A stretch of 64,000 nt of DNA, taken from Dehalococcoidia bacterium. Lineage in GTDB: Bacteria > Chloroflexota > Dehalococcoidia > SM23-28-2 > RBG-16-64-32. Shown piece after piece: positions 38,488-48,008 of the stretch. The stretch covers positions 1,816 to 65,815 of the forward strand of contig DAOUBD010000028.1 of the NCBI GenBank assembly GCA_034432935.1, in the 5' to 3' direction. The notes below the pieces were generated by a model. The model was not told the origin of the DNA. It saw only the letters and a list, made by a program, of their open reading frames with translations, and made no database searches. The number at the start of each line of letters is the position of its first letter. The first letter of the stretch is position 1. The position numbers and the translations under genes were made by a program.

Positions 38488-39285
38488 ATGGACCTAGGGA
38501 TAAGGGGCCGGGTGGCTCTCGTCACCGGCGCCGGCCGCGGCATCGGCCGGCAGATATGCCTCACGCTGGCGGAGGAAGGCGCTAAGGTGGCCGTGAACGA
38601 CCTCTTCCCAGACCGGGCCGAGGCCGTAGCCCAGGAGATCGCGGCCGGCGGAGGGACCGCTTTGGGGGTAGCCTTCGACGTGACGGATCTGGAGGCCGTG
38701 CAGAGCGCAATCCGGCGAGTGGAGGAGGCGCTAGGCCCTGTGGACATACTGGTGAACAACGCCGGCATCCCGGCCGCCGGCGGCGAGGGCGCCGTACCCT
38801 CCGGAGCCAGCGGCTTCTTCAGCGCCACGGGCCGGGCCGAATGGGACCGCACCATGGGCCTCATCACCTACGGGGTCCTGAACTGCTCGCGAGCCGTGAT
38901 CGAGGGGATGTGCCGACGGCGCTGGGGGCGCATCGTGAACATCATCTCCGACGCGGGCCGCGTCGGAGAGCCGCGCCTCGTGGCCTATTCTATGGCCAAG
39001 GCGGGAGTCATCGGCTTCTCCAAGGCCCTGGCCAAAGAGGTTGGCCGCTTCTGCGTAAACGTCAACTGCGTATCCCCCGCCACGACCGAGACGGAGGCCA
39101 CGGCCGCCTGGCTGCGGGAGCAGGGGGAGCAGATCATGCGGGCCTATCCCTTGGCCAAGGGGCTGAACCGCCTGGGCAGGCCAAGCGATATCGCCGATGC
39201 CGTCGCCTTCCTCGCCTCCCAGCGGGCCGAGTGGATCACCGGCCAGGTGCTCAGCGTCAACGGCGGTTACTCGATGCCAGACTGA
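38488..39285 (+). CDS. SDR-family oxidoreductase
   Basis: 'TGAGRGIGR', 'NNAG' and 'YSMAK' catalytic tetrad. Confidence 0.8.
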   Translation: MDLGIRGRVALVTGAGRGIGRQICLTLAEEGAKVAVNDLFPDRAEAVAQEIAAGGGTALGVAFDVTDLEAVQSAIRRVEEALGPVDILVNNAGIPAAGGEGAVPSGASGFFSATGRAEWDRTMGLITYGVLNCSRAVIEGMCRRRWGRIVNIISDAGRVGEPRLVAYSMAKAGVIGFSKALAKEVGRFCVNVNCVSPATTETEATAAWLREQGEQIMRAYPLAKGLNRLGRPSDIADAVAFLASQRAEWITGQVLSVNGGYSMPD

Positions 39286-39297
39286 GGGCAGCCGGGG

Positions 39298-40275
39298 CTA
39301 CGGCACCAGCACGGCGGCCCCCTTGAGGCGACCCTCCCGCAGGCTGGCCAGCGCCTCGTTGGCCTGGGACAGCGGGAACGTCTGGACCTCGGTCCGCACG
39401 GGCACCTGGGGCGCCAGCGCCAAGAACTCCTCGCCGTCGCGACGCGTCAGGTTGGCGACGGAGCATAAGGTGCGCTCGCCCCACAGGAGCTCGTACGGAA
39501 ACGAGGGGATATCGCTCATGTGGATGCCGGCGCAGACGGCCGTGCCGCCGCGGGCGACGGCGCGCAAGGCGGCGGGCACCAGGCTGCCCACGGGCGCGAA
39601 GATGATGGCGGCGTCCAGCTCCTCGGGCGGCAGCATCGTGGAGTCGCCCGCCCAGATGGCGCCGAGGCTCCGGGCAAAGGCCTGCGCAGCGCTGTCCCCA
39701 GGCCGGGTGAAGGCGAAGACCTGCCGCCGCTGCCAGCGGGCCACCTGGGCAACGATGTGGGCGGCGGCGCCGAACCCGTATATCCCCAGCCTCTCCGCCT
39801 CCCCAGTCCGCGCCAGCGCCCGGTAGCCTATCAGCCCAGCGCACAAGAGCGGCGCCGCCTCGGCCGCGCTGTAACCATCGGGAAGGGGAAAACAATACCC
39901 TTCGTCGGCCACCGCATACTCGGCGTAGCCCCCGTCCACCGTATAGCCCGTGAAGAGAGCGTTGGCGCAGAGGTTCTCCCTCCCCGATCGGCAGTACCCG
40001 CACTCGCCGCAGGTCCAGGCCAGCCACGGCACCCCGGCCCGCTGGCCCACCGTAAAGCGCTGGACGCTGGGCCCCACGGCCACCACCGTGCCCGCGATCT
40101 CGTGGCCCGGCACCAACGGAAGCCGCGGGTGCGCCAGCTCTCCGTCCGCCACGTGCAGGTCAGTGCGGCACACCCCGCAAGCGTTAACTTTCAGTAACAG
40201 TTGCCCCGGAGCCAAGGCTTCCGGCAGCGGCCGCGCCTCTTCCCTCAGCGGCTGACCCGGCGCCGCCAGCACCAT
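39298..40275 (-). CDS. Zinc-dependent alcohol dehydrogenase / quinone oxidoreductase family
   Basis: 'GHEIAGTVVAVG' and 'CGVCRTDLH'. Start trimmed to 'MVLAAPG'; the track ORF extends to 40359. Confidence 0.65.
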   Translation of the reverse strand: MVLAAPGQPLREEARPLPEALAPGQLLLKVNACGVCRTDLHVADGELAHPRLPLVPGHEIAGTVVAVGPSVQRFTVGQRAGVPWLAWTCGECGYCRSGRENLCANALFTGYTVDGGYAEYAVADEGYCFPLPDGYSAAEAAPLLCAGLIGYRALARTGEAERLGIYGFGAAAHIVAQVARWQRRQVFAFTRPGDSAAQAFARSLGAIWAGDSTMLPPEELDAAIIFAPVGSLVPAALRAVARGGTAVCAGIHMSDIPSFPYELLWGERTLCSVANLTRRDGEEFLALAPQVPVRTEVQTFPLSQANEALASLREGRLKGAAVLVP

Positions 40276-40547
40276 CGCCCGATAGGACTGCCCCTCGCCG
40301 CGTTCCCTCGCTGCTTCCACCGGTTTTCCGTCCTTTGCCGCTCCTTGCTCCGTTACCACAGGGGGAGCTATGGCCCGCCTTCTCTAAACCAATTCTAAAC
40401 TTTTCACCGTTCGGTCACTTTCCGCCCGGTAACAGCCCTATCTACGAGCCCGTCTCAGCTAGTGCGACCAACGAGACAGCCGCTATAGAGGGAGAGATAG
40501 ACCCGCCCGTGAGAAACAGCACACCGCACCCCAGGCGCGCCATCGAG

Positions 40548-42053
40548 ATGCTCCTCGCCTTCGCAGCGACCCTGGGGATCGCCACCCTGGTGGCCATCGA
40601 TGGCGCCGTGCCCAGCGTCTTCTCGACACTGTTCTTCGTGCCCATAATCCTCGTGGCCTACCGCCACGGCCTGGGGCCGGCCTTGGGCGTAGCCGCCATC
40701 GCCTCGCTGGCCTCCAGCCCGGCGATGGAGCTCTTAGGCGCCAGGCTGGACGAATCGGTGAAGCCGGTGCTCTGGCTGGGCTGGCCGGCGGTATACCTCT
40801 TCCTCGCCGTCAGCCTCAACCAGTGGGCCAGCATTCAGGAGCAGCGGGCGCAGCTCGAGGCCACGGAGCGCCACCTTCTGGACGTCCGCGCCCGTCACGA
40901 CCGCCGTGAGCAAGAGCTGGAGACCCTTTCTCACATCCACACCACCATCCTCTCGGGCGGAGACGAGCCCTCGGTGGTGAACGAGATCACGAGGCGCATC
41001 GCTGAGGCCTGCGGCGCCAAGACCTGCATGATCACGGTGCCTATGGGCGGTACCGCCCAGCGGCCCTTTTTGCCCGTCGGCTTCGCCGAGGAGGTCTTCA
41101 ACCGCCTCTTCCCCGCCGGCGCGCCCTACGGCGAGGGTGTCGAAGGCTGGGCCATGCTGCACCGCCGCGTCGCCGTCTCCCGCAACGTCTTCCAGGACCC
41201 CCGCTACGACAGGCTGCGAGACTTCGCCGGGCTCACCGGCATCGTCAGCGCTGCGGCAGCGCCCGTGGAGCTGGACGAAGACCTGTTTGGCGCCCTCGTC
41301 ATCTGCTACCCGGAAGAGCGAGACTTCACTCCCGAGGAGATCACCCGCCTGGAGCGCCTGGCCCGCCAGACCGAGATGGCCATCCGCAACGTGCGGCAAA
41401 GGGAGTCGCTGGCCCGCTTCGCCTTCGAGACGGCCCTGGCCCTGACGGAGGCCATCGAGAGCCGGGATCCCTACACGGGGGGCCACTGCCGGCGCCTGGC
41501 CGAGCACGCCGCCATCATCGCCAAACGGCTGGCCCTGCCGCCGCGAGAGCTAGAGGCCGTCCGCCTGGGCGCCGCGCTGCACGACATGGGGAAGATCGTG
41601 GTGCCGGACTCTGTCCTCAAGAAGCCGGGGAAGCTGACGCCCGAGGAGTACGCCATCGTCAAGCAGCATTGCTACTCGGGCGGCCAGATCTGCAAGCGAG
41701 TCGGCTTCCTGATGAACGCCTATCCCATCGTCTACCACCATCACGAGCGCTGGGACGGCAAGGGGTATCCGGACGGGCTGAAGGGAGAACAGATCCCCCT
41801 GGGGGCCCGCATCGTGGCCGTCATCGACGCCTTCGACGCCATGACCACGGACCGTCCTTACCGCCAGGCGATGGAACGTGCCGAGGCCATCGAGATCCTC
41901 CGGGACGGCGCTGGCCACCAATGGGACCCCAACGTCGTCAAGGTGCTGCTGGAGACCGCCGAGATCGTAGGGCACGACCACGACGATGGCTTCCACCAGC
42001 GCAACGGCCTCTTCGTGCCGGACCACCTTTCGGAGACCGCCGACCAGCGCTAA
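40548..42053 (+). CDS. Membrane sensor – GAF – HD-GYP phosphodiesterase
   Basis: N-terminal TM helices, a GAF-like middle, 'HDMGKIVV' and 'HHHERWDGKGYPDGL'. Start uncertain. Confidence 0.7.
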   Translation: MLLAFAATLGIATLVAIDGAVPSVFSTLFFVPIILVAYRHGLGPALGVAAIASLASSPAMELLGARLDESVKPVLWLGWPAVYLFLAVSLNQWASIQEQRAQLEATERHLLDVRARHDRREQELETLSHIHTTILSGGDEPSVVNEITRRIAEACGAKTCMITVPMGGTAQRPFLPVGFAEEVFNRLFPAGAPYGEGVEGWAMLHRRVAVSRNVFQDPRYDRLRDFAGLTGIVSAAAAPVELDEDLFGALVICYPEERDFTPEEITRLERLARQTEMAIRNVRQRESLARFAFETALALTEAIESRDPYTGGHCRRLAEHAAIIAKRLALPPRELEAVRLGAALHDMGKIVVPDSVLKKPGKLTPEEYAIVKQHCYSGGQICKRVGFLMNAYPIVYHHHERWDGKGYPDGLKGEQIPLGARIVAVIDAFDAMTTDRPYRQAMERAEAIEILRDGAGHQWDPNVVKVLLETAEIVGHDHDDGFHQRNGLFVPDHLSETADQR

Positions 42054-42068
42054 CCCCTACCCGCGCAC

Positions 42069-42272
42069 CATTCGAAACACCTCAGGGTCAGCGGAGTGTG
42101 CGGCTCATGCTTCGAGGGCCTCAGCATGAGCGGGGTGTGTGGGCGCAACAGCCCTTCCCGCTCGTCCTGAGGCACTCGAAGGGCGAGCGGAGTGTGCGGC
42201 TCATGCTTCGAGAACCTCAGCATGAGCGGGGTGTGTGGGCGGCCCGCCTGGAGAACCCTAGGCATGAGCGGA
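42069..42272. repeat. Cluster of REP/MITE-like palindromic repeats (family A), about 4 units
   Basis: Units of type 'GCTCATGCTTCGAGRRCCTCAGCATGAGCGG' and 'CCCGCTCGYCCTGAGGCACTCGAARGGCGAGCGG'. Confidence 0.7.
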
Positions 42273-42328
42273 GATACCTGCGTCCTTCCGCGCAGCCTAA
42301 AGCTGCCGAAGGGCCAACCTGAGCCGCG

Positions 42329-43087
42329 CTACTGGGCTACCCAGCCGCCATCGATAACGAAGACGGCTCCCGTGCAGAAGGCAGAATCGTCACACGCCAG
42401 GTAGAGAGCCAGCCTCGCCACCTCCTCTGGCTTTCCCATCCGTCCCAGGGGCGTCTGCGCCGTCACCGCCTCCACCATCCCCGGCGACGATTTCATCACA
42501 TGCTCCACCATGGGGGTGGCGATGACACCCGGACAGATGGCGTTGACTCGCACCCCCTGGCGGGCGTATTCCAGCGCCACCGTCTTCGTGAGCTGTATCA
42601 CACCCCCCTTACTGGCACAATAGGCGGCCATGGCCGGAAAGCCTACGAGTCCGGCGATGGACGAGGTGCTGATCACCGAACCGCCGCCTGTCTTGAGCAT
42701 GGCCGCGATGCCGTACTTCATCCCCAGGTAGACCCCCGTGAGGTTGACGGCGATGACGCGGTGCCAATTCTCGATGCTACTGTCGGCCACGAGCCCCGGC
42801 TGCCCGTCGATGCCAGCGTTGTTGAACAGAACGTCCAGCCGCCCGAAGGACTCCACCGCCGTCCGCACCATCGCCTCCACCTCCGCCGGCTGTGACACGT
42901 CGACCCGCAGGGCCACCGCCTTGCCGCCAGCCTGCTCGATCTGCTTCGCCGTCTCGCGGGCCGCGTCCTCGTTCAGGTCCGCCACGACGACGCTGGCGCC
43001 CTCTTGCGCAAAGAGGAGGGCCGACGCCCGGCCTATGCCGGAGCCTGCTCCCGTCACTATGGCGGCTTTGCCGTCCAGCTTCCCCAT
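42329..43087 (-). CDS. SDR-family oxidoreductase (FabG-like)
   Basis: 'TGAGSGIGR', 'NNAGI' and 'YCASK'. Confidence 0.8.
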   Translation of the reverse strand: MGKLDGKAAIVTGAGSGIGRASALLFAQEGASVVVADLNEDAARETAKQIEQAGGKAVALRVDVSQPAEVEAMVRTAVESFGRLDVLFNNAGIDGQPGLVADSSIENWHRVIAVNLTGVYLGMKYGIAAMLKTGGGSVISTSSIAGLVGFPAMAAYCASKGGVIQLTKTVALEYARQGVRVNAICPGVIATPMVEHVMKSSPGMVEAVTAQTPLGRMGKPEEVARLALYLACDDSAFCTGAVFVIDGGWVAQ

Positions 43088-43144
43088 TGCAGGCCTCCTT
43101 TACAACACATTGTTGTCGCTGAGCAATCTACCACAGGCCGACGC

Positions 43145-43352
43145 CCTCCCGCTCGCCCTGATCTCGCCGCCGGGACGCCCTGAGCACCATCGGCGCATGC
43201 TTCGAGGGCCTGAGCATGAGCGGAAGCGGGGGCGGCCCGCCTGGAGAACCCTAGGCACGAGCGGGGATGACATGCCTTCCCGCTCGCCCTGAGGCACTCG
43301 AAAGGCGAGCGGAGCCCAATGGCTCATGCTTCGAGAACCTCAGCATGAGCGG
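43145..43352. repeat. Cluster of REP/MITE-like palindromic repeats (family A), about 4 units
   Basis: Same unit sequences as at 42.1 kb. Confidence 0.7.
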
Positions 43353-43455
43353 GGTGTGTGGGCCAGGCACGAAAGGGGTGGCGCTCCGGCAGCCGCCACG
43401 CCCCGGACGCCGCCGCCCCCTTGACCCCCAGGGATCCGTCCGCCACCCTTGTGCC

Positions 43456-44700
43456 ATGAAGGCCGAGATCATCTCCGTGGGCACCGAGATCCTCCTGGGC
43501 GAGATCTTGGACACCAACGCCCAGTACATCGCCTCCCGGCTGCCCGCCATCGGCATCGATCTATACTTCATGTGCCAGGTGGGCGACAACCTGGACCGGC
43601 TGGCCGAGACGATCTCGCGGGCCCTGGAGCGCTCTGACGCCGTTATCACGACGGGCGGCCTGGGCCCCACCGAGGACGACGTCACGCGTGAGGCCATCGC
43701 CCGAGTGGTGGGGGAGGAGATGTACGTCGACCCGCAGGCCGAAAGCAACCTCCGGGCCTTCTTCGCCGCTCGTGGAGTCGCCTTCCCGGAACGCAACATC
43801 AAACAGGCGATGCTGATCCCATCGGCCCGTTTTATCCCCAATCCCCGCGGCACCGCGCCCGGCTGGTGGGTCGAAAGGGGGGAGAAGATCATCGTCGCCA
43901 TGCCGGGGCCGCCCAGCGAGATGCAGCGCATGTGGGAGGCCGAGGTGGAGCCCCGGCTCCGGCAGTTGGCGGCCGGTGAAGGCGTGCTCATAACCCGCGT
44001 TCTCAAGACCATCGGCGCTGGCGAGAGCCACATCGACGAGATGGTGGCCCCGTTCCTCGGGTCCACCAACCCCACCATCGGCGTCTACGCCAAGCCCGAC
44101 GGCGTCTACCTGCGGCTGGCGGCCAAGGCCCGCGGCGAGGAGGAGGCCCGCGACCTCATCGCGCCGGTGGAGGCAGAGTTGCGGCGCACCCTGGGCACGC
44201 TGGTCTGGGGCGCGGACGGCGAAACCTTGGAGGGGGTCATCGGGCGGATGCTGCGGGAACGGGCGGCCACCCTGGCCACCATGGAATCCTGCACCGGCGG
44301 CCTTTTGGCCTCCACCATTACCGACGTACCGGGCAGCTCCCTCTACTTCAAAGGGGGCTACGTAGCCTACACCGCGCGCATGAAGATGGCTTTGGGCGTC
44401 AGCGCTGACCTCATCGAACGCCACGGCGTGGTAAGCGCCGAGGTAGCAGCGGATATGGCGCGCGCCGCCCGCGTCAGCCTCGACGCTAGCTACGGCATCG
44501 GCATCACGGGTGTGGCTGGGCCCGACGAGCTTGAGGGCAAGCCCCCCGGCACCATGCACATCGCCGTTTCCGGGGGCCCCGGCCTGGCCTCCGACGCCGC
44601 CAGCTACACCTTCTACCAGGGGCGCGCGGCCACAAAGCGGCGGGCCGTCACCACCGCCCTCTTCCTCCTGCGCCGGGCCATCCTCTCCCACCCAGACTAG
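43456..44700 (+). CDS. cinA: Competence/damage-inducible protein CinA (MoCF-binding + CinA C-domain)
   Basis: 'MKAEIISVGTEILLGEILDTNAQYIA' and C-terminal 'ESCTGGLLA'. Confidence 0.8.
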   Translation: MKAEIISVGTEILLGEILDTNAQYIASRLPAIGIDLYFMCQVGDNLDRLAETISRALERSDAVITTGGLGPTEDDVTREAIARVVGEEMYVDPQAESNLRAFFAARGVAFPERNIKQAMLIPSARFIPNPRGTAPGWWVERGEKIIVAMPGPPSEMQRMWEAEVEPRLRQLAAGEGVLITRVLKTIGAGESHIDEMVAPFLGSTNPTIGVYAKPDGVYLRLAAKARGEEEARDLIAPVEAELRRTLGTLVWGADGETLEGVIGRMLRERAATLATMESCTGGLLASTITDVPGSSLYFKGGYVAYTARMKMALGVSADLIERHGVVSAEVAADMARAARVSLDASYGIGITGVAGPDELEGKPPGTMHIAVSGGPGLASDAASYTFYQGRAATKRRAVTTALFLLRRAILSHPD

Positions 44701-44806
44701 ACCGTCGGGCGCCGGGTTAAGGGGTTCTAATCTCTCCTTCATGGGGGCTTAATCCCGGCGTCTTAGCCTGAGGCTGCGAATAAGTTCAGTTCAAAGGAGG
44801 TTCGAC

Positions 44807-45271
44807 ATGCAGAAGCTATTCGCAGCCCTCACGCTGGCTATCGTGGCCGCAGCCGTCGTGGGCGTCTTCATCCTCTCGGGCAGCGCCAGCGCCGCCAGCG
44901 ACACGGTGTCCGGCCGAGGCGTGCTCTACGCCCGCGGCTCCGGCGTGGCCGAGGTCAAGGGCGATGGGAGGGTGGACATCCGCAGCTACGGGGGAGGCAC
45001 CGTCCACATCAGCGGGGCAGAGAGGATCGACGCCCAGGGCGATGGTCAGAAGGTCGAACTGCCCGATGGCAGCGTCCTCTTCACCGGCTGGAAGGGCACG
45101 ATCCACGCCGCGGGCCGGGACATGAACGTGCGCATGGAAGGCGTCCACATAGCATTCCGCGCAGCCGGCCGGGGCAGCGCCTTCCTCAAGGGGCACGGCA
45201 CATACCGCATCGGCGACTTCAGCGGGCCCTGGAGCCCTGATGGCGTCACCGTCGATTTCGGCCCGGCCTAG
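44807..45271 (+). CDS. Secreted hypothetical protein
   Basis: Signal peptide 'LAIVAAAVVGVFILSGSASAA'; Gly-rich beta-type sequence. Confidence 0.4.
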   Translation: MQKLFAALTLAIVAAAVVGVFILSGSASAASDTVSGRGVLYARGSGVAEVKGDGRVDIRSYGGGTVHISGAERIDAQGDGQKVELPDGSVLFTGWKGTIHAAGRDMNVRMEGVHIAFRAAGRGSAFLKGHGTYRIGDFSGPWSPDGVTVDFGPA

Positions 45272-45313
45272 CGCCGCCAAAGCCGGTGGTTCAGAACTTG
45301 AAGGGAGAAGATC

Positions 45314-45808
45314 GTGAGAAAACTACTTTTCGCAGTGGCCGCCCTAGCCGCCCTAGGCATCTCCGTCATGGCAGCATCTGCCGCGGGCGCCGGGCAGGGG
45401 GACCCTGGCGTTAGCTTGTCGCTGCGCGACGCAAACCAGCGCCCAACGCGGGCCTGCCTAGCCGCCCGCTTCACCGTCAACGCGGCGGCCGAGGTGCTGG
45501 ACATGGAGAAGAGCGCCGTAGTCGAAGCCCTGCGCTCGGGCCAGAGCCTTGCGGAGATAGCCGAAGCCCAGGGCATGAGCGCCGATGATTTCAAGGCGGC
45601 CCTGCTGGAGCAGGTCAAGAGCGACCTCGACGCCAAGGTGAGCGAAGGCAAGCTCAGCCAGGAGCGGGCGGATAAGATCTACCAGGCCTTCGAGAAGCAC
45701 GTGGACCAGGTTATCAATTTCCACCCCGATCCCAGCCGCCACCCGTGCAGGCCCCGGGTCCAAACCGGCGGCAGCGATCGCCCGGCACCAGCCAACATCG
45801 GCTTCTAG
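45314..45808 (+). CDS. Secreted/anchored hypothetical helical protein
   Basis: Signal peptide; 'EALRSGQSLAEIAEAQGMS' segment. Confidence 0.4.
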   Translation: MRKLLFAVAALAALGISVMAASAAGAGQGDPGVSLSLRDANQRPTRACLAARFTVNAAAEVLDMEKSAVVEALRSGQSLAEIAEAQGMSADDFKAALLEQVKSDLDAKVSEGKLSQERADKIYQAFEKHVDQVINFHPDPSRHPCRPRVQTGGSDRPAPANIGF

Positions 45809-45884
45809 GCGAGCGCAACGTCTGTCCCTCCCAGCACGCGGGGGCCGGCCACAGGCCGGCCCCCTGCGCTTCGCCATCGTATCG

Positions 45885-47123
45885 CTAGTACTCGTCGATC
45901 ACCTTGCGGGCCGCTGCCAGGGACAGTACCTCGTTGGTGCCGTCCTCGATGAGGGCAGCACGGGCGTCGCGGAAGAGCTTCTCGATGAGCATCTCTTTGG
46001 CCAGGCCGATGCCGCCGTGGAGCTGGAGGGCATCGCTGGCCACCTCGAAGGCAGCCTGGGTACAGAACACCTTGGCCGCCACCGAGTACTGGACCCGCGG
46101 CGGGCTGGTGGTGGAGTTATAGGCCATCGCCGCGCGGGAAAGGCCGCGGGACGCCTCCACCTTGATGAACATGTCCATGAGCTTCAGTTGCACCGCCTGG
46201 TGTTCGCAGATCTTCTTGCCTCCCTGCACCCGGTGGCGGGCGTATTTCAGCCCCTCCTCGAAGGCGGCACGGCCCACTCCGGTGAAGGCCGCGCCCATGA
46301 AGGCGTTGGCCCCCGCCAGCACCGAATTGATGACGTAAGGGTAGCCCGCCGGTTCCACCAACATGTAGGCGCGGGGGATGCGCACGTCATCGAAGAAGAT
46401 CTCGCCCTGGTTCAGCGGACGCTGGCCCATCTTGTTCAGGGGCTTACCCCTGCTCACTCCGGGCAGGTCCAGCGGGATGAGGGCCACGCCGCCCCCTTCC
46501 TGCCCCTTGGAGCTATCGATGCCCAGAAAGGTGAGGGCGTGGGTGGCAATCGTACCGTTGGAGACCCAGGCCGACTTCTGACCGTTGATGACCCACTCGT
46601 CGCCGTCCAGCCGGGCCTGCACCTGGTGCGCCACCTCCGGCAGCCGCGTCTGCTCCGTGCCGATGAGGAGGGTATCGGACCCGTGCATCGGCTCCGTGAT
46701 GGCCCAACAGCCGATGTACTTCCCCTCCCGGTCCTGCACGAAGGGCTTCACCACCCGCTCCATGATATCGGGGTTGCCGCTCATGGCCGCGAATCCGAAG
46801 GGGAAGGAGGTGACGCCCAGGCTGACGGCGAGGCCGGCGCAGCCCCAGGCCATCTCCTCGGTAAAGATATGCTGGGCTAAGGGCGAGAGGCGGGCACCGC
46901 CGAGGGACTCAGGCAGCGCCCGGGTGTGGTATCCCAACTGGTAGGCCTGACGGAAAACATCCCACAGAACGCTCCCCTTGGCGATCACCTGCTCCGGGTC
47001 TGGCATCCGGTCCAGCTCGATGCTGGCAGGTCGCAAAACCTCCTCGGCGAACCGGTGGACGTTCTCCTTAAGCGCCCTCTCATCGTCCGTAAGCCCCTTG
47101 TTCAGCTCCAGGTAGGTGGCCAT
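45885..47123 (-). CDS. Acyl-CoA dehydrogenase
   Basis: ACAD N-, middle and C-domains, 'GGIGLAKEMLIEKLFRDA'. Confidence 0.85.
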   Translation of the reverse strand: MATYLELNKGLTDDERALKENVHRFAEEVLRPASIELDRMPDPEQVIAKGSVLWDVFRQAYQLGYHTRALPESLGGARLSPLAQHIFTEEMAWGCAGLAVSLGVTSFPFGFAAMSGNPDIMERVVKPFVQDREGKYIGCWAITEPMHGSDTLLIGTEQTRLPEVAHQVQARLDGDEWVINGQKSAWVSNGTIATHALTFLGIDSSKGQEGGGVALIPLDLPGVSRGKPLNKMGQRPLNQGEIFFDDVRIPRAYMLVEPAGYPYVINSVLAGANAFMGAAFTGVGRAAFEEGLKYARHRVQGGKKICEHQAVQLKLMDMFIKVEASRGLSRAAMAYNSTTSPPRVQYSVAAKVFCTQAAFEVASDALQLHGGIGLAKEMLIEKLFRDARAALIEDGTNEVLSLAAARKVIDEY

Positions 47124-47218
47124 AGCTCGCGCCTCCTTCCGCCTGCCGTCCGCGGCTGAAGTTATAATAGCGGCTAGCCGAGGGCTAGTGAACCGGGGGA
47201 GTCGTGCGCGAGAACCGC

Positions 47219-47971
47219 ATGAAGCGCCTATGGCAGCAAGGGCGCCCCGCCTTGGGGGGTTGGCTGACCATACCCTCCTCCTTCTCCGCCGAGATCTTCG
47301 CCCACGCCGGCTTCGACTGGATCTGCGTGGACATGCAGCATGGGGTCATCGGCTACTCCGAAGCGGTCCACCTCCTCCAGGCCATATCTACCACCTCGGC
47401 CACGCCCGTCGTCCGCGTGCCGTGGAACGAACCGGGGATCATCATGAAGGTGCTGGACGCAGGCGCTATGGGCGTCATAGTGCCCATGGTGAACTCCCGC
47501 GCCGAGGCCCAGGCCGCCGTCGCCGCCTGCCGCTACGCTCCCAGGGGCATGCGCTCCTACGGACCCGTCCGGGCCGTTTACTACGCCGGGCGAGACTACT
47601 TCGCCCGCGCCGATCAGGAGGTGGCCTGCATCGTGATGATCGAGACGAAGGAGGCCTTGCAGGACCTGGAGGGGATCCTCGGCGTCCCGGGGGTGGATGC
47701 GGCCTACGTCGGCCCCGCTGACCTCAGCGTCTCCCTGGGGCTGCCGCCGGGATCCGACCACGACGATCCGGCCTTTGTGGAAGCCATCGCCGCCGTGCTG
47801 GACGCCTGCCGCCGCCTCCGCGTCGTCCCGGGCGCCCATGCCGGCAACCCCGCCACCGCCCGAAAGCGCATCGAGCAGGGGTTCCTCATGGTCGAGATGT
47901 GCGACGACGCCTCGGCCCTGGCCCGGACCGCGGCCGCTGACCTGCGGGCCGTCCGCGGAGACGAAGCCTAA
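47219..47971 (+). CDS. HpcH/HpaI-family 2-keto-3-deoxy-acid aldolase
   Basis: 'GGWLTIPSSFSAEIFAHAGFDWICVDMQHG'. Confidence 0.75.
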   Translation: MKRLWQQGRPALGGWLTIPSSFSAEIFAHAGFDWICVDMQHGVIGYSEAVHLLQAISTTSATPVVRVPWNEPGIIMKVLDAGAMGVIVPMVNSRAEAQAAVAACRYAPRGMRSYGPVRAVYYAGRDYFARADQEVACIVMIETKEALQDLEGILGVPGVDAAYVGPADLSVSLGLPPGSDHDDPAFVEAIAAVLDACRRLRVVPGAHAGNPATARKRIEQGFLMVEMCDDASALARTAAADLRAVRGDEA

Positions 47972-48008
47972 GCGCCAGAGCCGCCGCCGCGCTAGAATCG
48001 GCTGTGTA

